A DNA stretch of 63,302 nt, the filler included, from an uncultured Planctomycetaceae bacterium (GTDB lineage: Bacteria; Planctomycetota; Planctomycetia; Planctomycetales; Planctomycetaceae), in the NCBI GenBank assembly GCA_963976765.1. It is 6 parts of 6 records of this genome, joined end to end, with 100 filler letters (N's around TTAATTAATTAA, not from the genome) between each part and the next. Parts side by side here need not be neighbours in the genome. Positions count along the whole stretch, not along the records: positions 56,167 to 63,302 come from CAXBME010000076.1; 5 more parts are not named here. One strand, given 5' to 3'. The notes under the pieces were generated by a model. The model made no database searches, had not been told where the DNA came from, and saw only the letters and a list, made by a program, of their open reading frames with translations. Both the position numbers and the translations under genes were made by a program. Positions 63,128 through 63,302 of the stretch are shown piece by piece (position 1 is the first letter of the stretch; each line of letters starts with the position of its first letter).

Positions 63128-63189
63128 TTTGGGGTATGGCAAGATTATTTCCGTGTGGCTGGTTACGTTTATTACGATTTGACTGGAAA

Positions 63190-63302
63190 AACGTACTTTT
63201 CGCAGAACAACGTACTTTTCGCAGAACAACGTACTTTTCGCTGAAAAACGTACTTTTCGCTGAAAAACGTACTTTTCGCAGAACAACGTACTTTTCGCTG
63301 AA
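63190..63302. repeat. 19-bp tandem repeat array (at least 6 units, runs off window)
   Basis: AACGTACTTTTCGC followed by AGAAC or TGAAA, starting at 63190, 63209, 63228, 63247, 63266 and 63285. Confidence 0.95.

Larger units (their letters stand above)
56167..63302 (-). mobile_element. Polinton-like virus (PLV) genome fragment
   Basis: Co-oriented ATPase, minor capsid and major capsid genes. A/T-run intergenics, no SD motifs, no cellular genes. Confidence 0.8.

Noticed and set aside
63128..63286. N-terminal 53 aa of the ATPase ORF as called in the track
   Set aside because: It is largely a translation of the 19-bp repeat from a non-ATG start. ATG 63127 is more plausible.
63190..63302. CRISPR array
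   Set aside because: The units are contiguous 19-mers with no unique spacers, and there are no cas genes.
56167..63302. Tailed prophage or bona fide virophage (Lavidaviridae)
   Set aside because: No terminase, portal or tail genes are present. No cysteine maturation protease is visible, and the capsid motifs fit PLVs better. The fragment is incomplete, so a virophage is not fully excluded.
1..63302. tRNA or rRNA genes
   Set aside because: No cloverleaf/T-loop signatures or rRNA-like segments were noticed by eye. A tRNAscan/Rfam run would be needed to be certain.

Overview
The window is not one locus. It is six contigs joined by 100-nt linkers (N44-TTAATTAATTAA-N44) at 12199, 24319, 35501, 46091 and 56067. 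They appear in decreasing length, as in a concatenated metagenome bin. Contigs 1, 3, 4 and 5 look like a planctomycete. Contig 1 is an accessory gene patch with a broken tyrosine integrase. Contig 3 holds nested IS630/IS256/IS3 remnants, a GT4, an ECF sigma/anti-sigma pair, cysE, an AI-2E transporter and purD. Contig 4 holds two divergent CusBA-type metal efflux modules and a Cys-rich leader protein. Contig 5 is a DUF1559 / lipoprotein / TPR / CRTAC1-like cluster. Contig 2 is a 12-kb internal piece of a giant RTX-type adhesin built from about 36-37 tandem 108-aa repeats. Contig 6 (56167-63302) is the standout. It reads as the morphogenesis module of a eukaryotic Polinton-like virus: A32-type packaging ATPase, long coiled-coil protein, small protein, minor capsid (penton) and double-jelly-roll major capsid. 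It has A/T-tract intergenics, no Shine-Dalgarno motifs and a 19-bp tandem array. All family assignments come from motif recognition by eye; no database search was run.
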